Assembly (NCBI GenBank): GCA_017860575.1
Contig: JAGDMS010000001.1
Span: forward strand, 1-62,439
DNA from: Deltaproteobacteria bacterium
GTDB lineage: Bacteria > Desulfobacterota > Binatia > HRBIN30
Length of the DNA stretch: 62,439 nt
Direction of reading: 5' to 3'
Of this stretch, positions 56,696 through 62,439 are shown in pieces. The stretch's first letter is position 1. Every line of letters starts with the position of its first letter. The position numbers and the translations under genes were made by a program. Below the pieces are notes generated by a model. The model was given only the letters and a program-made list of their open reading frames with translations. It was not told where the DNA came from and made no database searches.

Positions 56696-57235
56696 TTACG
56701 AGGCAACCACCGGCGCTGGACTGGCATCGGAGATGGCACACAGCGCGATGACAGGGCCGACCAGCCCCGCCAGCATCGCGGTGTACACCCCCTTGAGCAC
56801 GACGACATTCATCGGTGCCAGGTGTGCAACGCCCGCCAGGCTGAGTCCGCCGAAAATGATCGGCAGTCCGGCACCAACGGCGAGACCGCCGATGACAGCG
56901 CCACGCCCCCACACGGACAGCGGCAGATAGCCAAGCACGCCATGTTCCGCCGCACGCCACGTCAGTGGCGGTACCTTTCCCCCGGCAACGCCCCGCCGAA
57001 TCAATGGTGTCACGATCAGGCAGGTTAGGAACGGCAGCAGAAAGAGCGTGGCAATTGTGTCGAACACGAGCCCGCCGTCACCCCAGACGGGGATGCTGGA
57101 ACGCGCGCGAAAGATCAACCAAGCGATGATCCCGTTCAGCGCACAGTTCATCAGTGCCGGCGCGATCACCTGCTCACGGAAAAGATAGGAACGGTGGGCA
57201 GCGGAAATGGCCACGGTGCAGGACATTCGTCTCAC
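56696..57235 (-). CDS. Hypothetical integral membrane protein (about 4 TM helices)
   Basis: Hydrophobic segments are APALMNCALNGIIAWLIF, LVFDTIATLFLLPFLTCLIVTPLI, AVIGGLAVGAGLPIIFGGLSLAGV and VYTAMLAGLVGPVIALCAI. No family recognised. Confidence 0.5.
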   Translation of the reverse strand: MRRMSCTVAISAAHRSYLFREQVIAPALMNCALNGIIAWLIFRARSSIPVWGDGGLVFDTIATLFLLPFLTCLIVTPLIRRGVAGGKVPPLTWRAAEHGVLGYLPLSVWGRGAVIGGLAVGAGLPIIFGGLSLAGVAHLAPMNVVVLKGVYTAMLAGLVGPVIALCAISDASPAPVVAS

Positions 57236-57309
57236 CTCTGTCGCCTACCCTAGCGTTGTCACGCCGCGATGCGCAAACAGAAACTATCGTCCTGCAACCG
57301 TTGTCATCG

Positions 57310-57924
57310 TCACACTTGCTTCTTCACGACGTGCAGCGGACTCGCCGTGCCTTCATCCCACAACACGCCGCGTCGATCCGGCCCCGCGACGGCGAGGGCA
57401 ACCGCCGGCCGCATCGTAGTGAGGGAGCGTTGCGCCAGCCGCTGGTAGACGCGGGTACCGTTCGCTTTCCACGCCAGTTCGGTTTCCGACAGCGGCCGGA
57501 TGGTGGTCGCCGGATTGCCCGCCGCCAGGCTGCGGGCGGGCACCGCAAAGCCGGCTTTCACAAAGGAGGCAGCGCCGACAAATGCGAACTCTCCGACGAC
57601 GGCATCGTCCATGACGACCGCATTCATGCCGATCAGCGCGCCACGGCGCACGGTGCACCCGTGCAAAATCGCCCCGTGCCCGATGTGCCCGTCCGCCTCC
57701 ACCAGCGTGGCCTTGCCCGGAAACGCGTGCAGCGTGCACGAGTCCTGCACATTCACACCGGCCTCGATCGTAATGCGCCCGAAATCGCCGCGCAGAGACG
57801 CAAACGGTGCGACGTAACAGCCTGGTCCGATGATCACGTCGCCGATGACAACCGCCTCGGGATGGACAAAGGCGGTCGGGTCGATTACCGGGATCACGCC
57901 CGCGAATTCATACACTCTCGCCAT
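57310..57924 (-). CDS. Gamma-carbonic-anhydrase-like / PaaY-CaiE hexapeptide-repeat protein
   Basis: IDPTAFVHPEAVVIGDVIIG, left-handed beta-helix repeats, HGAILHGCTV and NPATTIRPLSE...W are present. Confidence 0.8.
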   Translation of the reverse strand: MARVYEFAGVIPVIDPTAFVHPEAVVIGDVIIGPGCYVAPFASLRGDFGRITIEAGVNVQDSCTLHAFPGKATLVEADGHIGHGAILHGCTVRRGALIGMNAVVMDDAVVGEFAFVGAASFVKAGFAVPARSLAAGNPATTIRPLSETELAWKANGTRVYQRLAQRSLTTMRPAVALAVAGPDRRGVLWDEGTASPLHVVKKQV

Positions 57925-58061
57925 AGCCGTGCAGACTATAATTCGGGGCGATACCGCCTTTCAATGCCGTCCCGCGCTACCATTGCAGGGGCGGAGAATG
58001 CTACGATCCGCGCACCACGATGGCCGATGATTTTCGGCGCGCGCTTGCACAGGAGGCAACC

Positions 58062-59213
58062 ATGGCGATTGAGCCGTTTCGCATCACTGTTCCGGAGGCC
58101 GTACTCGAGGACCTGCAGCAGCGGTTGGCGCGAACGCGCTTCCCCGACCAGGTCAACGACGGCAACTGGAGCTACGGGACGGACCTGGCCTACCTTCAGG
58201 AACTGATCGAATACTGGCGGACAACCTACGATTGGCGCGCCGCGGAGCGGGCGCTCAACCAGTTCCGTCAGTTCCGCACGGTGGTGGACGGGCTGGGACT
58301 GCATTTCATCCACCAGCCCGGGGTCGGACCCAACCCGCTGCCCTTATTGATCAGCCATGGTTGGCCGGGGTCCATCGTCGAGTTCACCAAGATCATCGGC
58401 CCGCTCACGGATCCGGCACGCTATGGTGGCGATCCCGCGGATGCCTTCGACGTTGTCGCACCGTCGCTGCCCGGCTACGGCTTTTCCGACCATGCGCGTG
58501 GGCCGGGGATGCATCCGGGCGCGATCGCAGACCTGTTCGCCGGCCTCATGCAGCAACTCGGCTACCAACGGTTTGGCGCGCAGGGCGGCGATTGGGGCGC
58601 GATGATCTCCACGTGTCTCGGCCGCCAGTATCCAGCACGCCTCATCGGCGTCCATCTCAACATGGTCCTGGCCTTCCCGCCGGACGAAGCGAATCCGACG
58701 GCCGGACTGTCGGAGCGCGAAATGGTCGCTCTGATGGAAATGGAACGCTTCAAACAAGAAGAGACGGGCTATCAAAGTATCCAGGGTACCAAACCGCAAA
58801 CCCTCGGGTACGCGTTGAACGACTCTCCCGCCGGCCTGGCCGCATGGATCGTGGAAAAGTTCCGGACATGGACGGACTGTCACGGCGATCTGGAGAGCCG
58901 TATCAGCAAGGACGAACTGCTCACCAACATCACGCTCTACTGGGTGACCGAAACCGCCACCTCGTCGGCACGGCTCTATCGCGAGGCCATGCAGCAAGGC
59001 TGGTTCCCGCCGCGGGGCTTCCGCATCGAGGTGCCGACGGGATGCGCCATCTTTCCGCGGGAGCTCTTTCGTCCACCGCGGGCCTGGGTGGAGAATTCGT
59101 TCAACGTGCAGCACTGGGCGGAATATCCCGCGGGCGGTCACTTTGCCGCGATGGAAGAGCCCGAGGCGTTGGTCGGCGATATCCGGACGTTTTTCCGGCC
59201 ACTGCGGACGTAA
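58062..59213 (+). CDS. Epoxide hydrolase (EHN N-terminal domain + alpha/beta hydrolase)
   Basis: ATG at 58062 follows AGGAGG. FRITVPEAVLEDLQQRL..., the HGWPGS oxyanion motif and the nucleophile motif GGDWGA are present. Confidence 0.85.
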   Translation: MAIEPFRITVPEAVLEDLQQRLARTRFPDQVNDGNWSYGTDLAYLQELIEYWRTTYDWRAAERALNQFRQFRTVVDGLGLHFIHQPGVGPNPLPLLISHGWPGSIVEFTKIIGPLTDPARYGGDPADAFDVVAPSLPGYGFSDHARGPGMHPGAIADLFAGLMQQLGYQRFGAQGGDWGAMISTCLGRQYPARLIGVHLNMVLAFPPDEANPTAGLSEREMVALMEMERFKQEETGYQSIQGTKPQTLGYALNDSPAGLAAWIVEKFRTWTDCHGDLESRISKDELLTNITLYWVTETATSSARLYREAMQQGWFPPRGFRIEVPTGCAIFPRELFRPPRAWVENSFNVQHWAEYPAGGHFAAMEEPEALVGDIRTFFRPLRT

Positions 59214-59246
59214 CCGGCCGCAGTCGTGCAGCGCCGCCGCGAGTCA

Positions 59247-61226
59247 TCAGGAGCCAGGGGTGGTCGGCACACCTGTGACATCGTTGCGCCCGCTGGTTCG
59301 CGTCATAAGGTGTGTCTCGAAAAAGTCCAGCAGCCGTTCATAGAAGCGCACGCGATCCCCCTCGGCGATGAACCCGTGCGGCTCGTGCGCGAACTCGAGG
59401 TACTCGATGTCCTTTCCCGCCTCGCGCAGGGCCTGCGCCATCATCCGCGCGTGCGCCACCGGCACACGGTCGTCGTCCGCCCCGTGTGCGAGGAGCACCG
59501 GTGCCTGGATCCGGCTCACGTTGTGGAGCGGCGACACAGCCTGTTGTGCCTTCGTATCGTTCCAGGCGCCCGCCGTGCCGCCGCGATCGTGTTCGGCAAA
59601 CATATGTGGATTCGCGGCAACGAACGCCGGCAGGTTGGTCGCCGCGGCGTAAGCGGCCCCGGCACGGTACAATTCCGGCGTCTTCACCAGTCCCATGAGT
59701 GCGGCATAGCCGCCATAGCTCGCGCCGTAGATGCCGATCCGCTCGGGATCGGCAATGCCCTGCTCGATCAGCCACCGCACGCCATCGGTAATGTCGTCTT
59801 GCATGGCGAGCCCCCACTGCCGGAAGCCCATCTCGCGGTAGGACTCGCCATATCCGCCGGAACCGCGGAAGTTCATCTGAAAGACAGCGAAGCCCCGATT
59901 GGCCAGCAACTGCACCTCCGGGTCGAACTGCCGGCAATCGCGGGTCATGGGCCCGCCGTGTGGCCGGACGATCACCGGAAGATTTCTCGGCGCACGCCCG
60001 TTGGGAATCGTAAGGTAGGCAGGGATTTCGAGGCCGTCGCGGGCGCGATACGACAGGACCCGCGTCGGCGCCAGTTGGTCGGGGCCGAGCGTGGGATACA
60101 GGCTGGTCAGGAGATCCGCTCGCTTGGAGTGGTCATCGCGCACAAAGAGATAGTACGCTGGTGGTCGTGTGTCCCCCGCTACGCGCACGATCGCCCGTGT
60201 ATGCGCTTTGTTCTGGCTGACGACTTGGTTGAAGGTGCCGGGCAGTGCGTCATCGATCAGCTGCTGCTCCCGCTCGGCTTGTTCGTCCAGGAATTGTCGT
60301 TTCGGCTCGTCTGCGATGTAGTCCACCGCAATCAGCTTGCGACGTCCCTCATTGAACACTAGCCCATCGACGTCCACGTCCGGTCGGGCGAACACCAGTC
60401 GAACGATGTGCTTCGAGGCAAGATTATATTCGTAGAGCGCCCGTCTGCCGTCCAGCAGCTTCCACACGTAGAGAGTGGCGGGATCGAAACCGAATCCGGC
60501 AAAGGTGAACCCCGTTTCCCTTGACGGGTCGAAGTCCACGATCGGCTGGAACCCCGCCGCCGCATCCATTCGCACCACCAGCCGGTAGCGGTTTTGCCCG
60601 AAGCCCACGCCGGCGCGGATCACTCCGTCGTGATCCGCGTACCACAGGTCGATTCCGCGGCGGCTGGGGAGAATGTTCGTCAGCTGGCCCGACAGGACGT
60701 CCATGAGCTTGACGCCCGGGTACAGCTGGCCCGGGTCACGGTACTGGACTAACGCATGGGTGGGTTCATCCCGCTGCCAGTGAATGACCTCATCCTGCAG
60801 TGGCAGATCCCACGCCTCATGTAGCACCTGCGTGCCCGCGGTTGCCGCGAAAGGGGGCGCGCCGCCGGGCAGCTCAAATGCAAACACCCGATGCGCGTGT
60901 GGCGGATCGCCAGGGGAAGCGATCTCTGCGCTCAGGAGCACACGCGTTGGGTCGGCCCAGCGCAACCAGCGCGGCTGAACGTTTGCGTCGGGAATCCGCC
61001 CGATGGGCTGAACGTCCGCACGATCCCACGGGCGTACCGCCACCACCGTTTCAGCGTCCGGAATGAGCAGCGCGATGGACCGGCCATCCGGGGCGAACAC
61101 CGGGGCCAGGAAGCTTGATTGCGGTCGAAAAGCCTGTACCGGAAGACGCTGCGGGTGCGCCTCGGTCGCCACCCCCGCGTGCGCCACACACAGCAGCAAA
61201 GCGATGGTCTTCCAGTGCGGCCGCAC
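59247..61226 (-). CDS. S9 family serine peptidase (prolyl oligopeptidase / dipeptidyl aminopeptidase-like), secreted
   Basis: Signal peptide MRPHWKTIALLLCVAHAGVA, a beta-propeller N-terminal half, the catalytic GASYGG, and HGADDDRV and HEPHGF. Confidence 0.85.
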   Translation of the reverse strand: MRPHWKTIALLLCVAHAGVATEAHPQRLPVQAFRPQSSFLAPVFAPDGRSIALLIPDAETVVAVRPWDRADVQPIGRIPDANVQPRWLRWADPTRVLLSAEIASPGDPPHAHRVFAFELPGGAPPFAATAGTQVLHEAWDLPLQDEVIHWQRDEPTHALVQYRDPGQLYPGVKLMDVLSGQLTNILPSRRGIDLWYADHDGVIRAGVGFGQNRYRLVVRMDAAAGFQPIVDFDPSRETGFTFAGFGFDPATLYVWKLLDGRRALYEYNLASKHIVRLVFARPDVDVDGLVFNEGRRKLIAVDYIADEPKRQFLDEQAEREQQLIDDALPGTFNQVVSQNKAHTRAIVRVAGDTRPPAYYLFVRDDHSKRADLLTSLYPTLGPDQLAPTRVLSYRARDGLEIPAYLTIPNGRAPRNLPVIVRPHGGPMTRDCRQFDPEVQLLANRGFAVFQMNFRGSGGYGESYREMGFRQWGLAMQDDITDGVRWLIEQGIADPERIGIYGASYGGYAALMGLVKTPELYRAGAAYAAATNLPAFVAANPHMFAEHDRGGTAGAWNDTKAQQAVSPLHNVSRIQAPVLLAHGADDDRVPVAHARMMAQALREAGKDIEYLEFAHEPHGFIAEGDRVRFYERLLDFFETHLMTRTSGRNDVTGVPTTPGS

Positions 61227-61235
61227 GCTCCCTCC

Positions 61236-62439
61236 CTAATCCTTCACCGACAGCCCCGCCTCCTGGCTCTGGTCCCACTCATCGTATTCCGGTCCGGCCA
61301 ACGTCAGCGGCGGCATTTCGTTTTGCACCAAGTACTCGAAGCGGCGGCGAAACTCGTCCACCGACAGGCCGGCGGTGGCGGCGAATCGTTGCAGCAAGGC
61401 GGGTTGCTCGAAATCGTCGCGCCGCAGCCGAATCATGTAGCGCCGTGCAATGGCGTACCGGGTCGAATGGATGTCTACCAGACGGACCTTCGCGCGTCCG
61501 GTATGCGGGTCGAGGAGCCTCAGAAAGGGGATCGGTACGAAGTGGCCGCCCTGCATGGAGACCATGACGGCAGCACCGCCGTCGAGCAAGTATTTGGCGG
61601 CACAGTATCCGAGGTCACGGGTGTACTCCATATCGTACGGAATGGGATCGGCGCAGCGCAACTCGTAGCCGATGTTCTTGGGTGTCACGGTCGTGTGGAG
61701 CCCAAACTCACTGAGCCGTTCCGTGACCGCCCGCTTCAGCATGTCGCCGATGTCGATCTCGGAAAGGCGGATATTGCCGTGCGCGTCTCGTTCCACGTTT
61801 TCGATTCCAGCCAGATCTTTTGGATCGATGTCCAGGATCAGCCCTTCCGCGATCACCGCGACGCCATGGCGCTGTCCCTCACTGAGGCGCTTGATGATGG
61901 CACACACGAGGGTGTCGACGATGGTCGAAAAACGCACGGGCGCGGTGCCGAACTCCTCCGCAATCAAGGTCAGCGTGGCACCGGCGGCCTTGCCGATCCC
62001 GAGCGCCAGGTGACCGGCCTTCCGGCCCATGGAGATCACCAGGTACCAGCGCGTGGTGGTGTAGGCATCGACCATGAGGTTCTTGACGATCTCGACGCCG
62101 ACGTGCCGTGCCGTTTGGAAGCCGAAGGTATCGATGTGCGGCGGCAGGTCGAGGTCGTTGTCGATCGTCTTCGGCACATGGACCACGCGGATGCGCCCGC
62201 CGGAGGCCTCCGAAAGTTTCATCGCCGAGAACGCCGTGTCGTCGCCGCCGATGGTGATCAATTGTGACACGTGCAGTCGTTCCAGGGTCTTGACGCAGTT
62301 CTCCATGTGCCGGGGATCGCGCGTGGGATTGGCACGAGAGATTCCGAGGTACGAACCGCCGCGGAAATGCAGCCGCCGGACCTCGTCGATCGACAGTGGC
62401 GCTGCGCCGTCGGTCTTGCCCTGCATCAGGTACTCAAAG
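61236..62439 (-). CDS. pfp: Phosphofructokinase, PPi-dependent type by signature; N-terminus outside the window
   Basis: The reverse frame stays open to the right edge (..FEYLMQGK..). IGGDDT and PKTIDNDL carry Asp and Lys at the two positions that are Gly/Gly in ATP-PFKs, the classical PPi-PFK signature. Confidence 0.8.
   Translation of the reverse strand, partial: FEYLMQGKTDGAAPLSIDEVRRLHFRGGSYLGISRANPTRDPRHMENCVKTLERLHVSQLITIGGDDTAFSAMKLSEASGGRIRVVHVPKTIDNDLDLPPHIDTFGFQTARHVGVEIVKNLMVDAYTTTRWYLVISMGRKAGHLALGIGKAAGATLTLIAEEFGTAPVRFSTIVDTLVCAIIKRLSEGQRHGVAVIAEGLILDIDPKDLAGIENVERDAHGNIRLSEIDIGDMLKRAVTERLSEFGLHTTVTPKNIGYELRCADPIPYDMEYTRDLGYCAAKYLLDGGAAVMVSMQGGHFVPIPFLRLLDPHTGRAKVRLVDIHSTRYAIARRYMIRLRRDDFEQPALLQRFAATAGLSVDEFRRRFEYLVQNEMPPLTLAGPEYDEWDQSQEAGLSVKD

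Noticed and set aside
54442-62267. Plus-strand ORFs 54442..56208 (588 aa), 59226..60362 (378 aa), 61119..62267 (382 aa)
   Set aside because: They are antisense shadows of the second OYE reductase, the S9 peptidase and the phosphofructokinase.

Overview
Visibly GC-rich bacterial chromosomal segment from a diderm-type organism (it has KDO/lipid A genes, an AsmA-like protein and outer-membrane proteins). I support about 55 protein genes. By eye I found no rRNA, tRNA, CRISPR array, transposase, integrase or phage gene. Most content is housekeeping (pyrG, proS, pyrF, kdsA/B/D, glgB, msrB, a dGTPase, a PPi-type phosphofructokinase) or CoA-ester and cyclic-compound catabolism. The catabolic genes are three acyl-CoA dehydrogenases, two DUF35 plus two thiolase-like genes, two OYE/FAD Fe-S reductases each next to an NTF2-like protein, a nitronate monooxygenase, two LLM F420-type oxidoreductases and an epoxide hydrolase. 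Four loci stand out. (1) 752-6251 holds a DUF2760-like membrane protein plus two paralogous non-canonical Hsp70 ATPases, one with a ~350-aa helical tail and no co-chaperone nearby; this is my best candidate for an undescribed system. (2) 12942-16600 is a translationally coupled operon: Fe-S ferredoxin/BFD, an unassignable 479-aa protein, a divergent QPRT/ModD-like protein and a truncated CinA/MoaB-like protein. (3) 28582-34043 is a GT2-methyltransferase fusion divergent from a 1259-aa protein with two GT-C modules and TPR repeats. (4) 50467-52647 is a pseudo-receiver/kinase-like protein, a TM-PAS-like protein and a coiled-coil membrane protein. Several small repeat and hairpin elements sit in the few long intergenic regions. 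Many long ORFs in the track are antisense shadows typical of GC-rich DNA and were rejected. All family assignments come from motif recognition by eye and memory; no searches were run.
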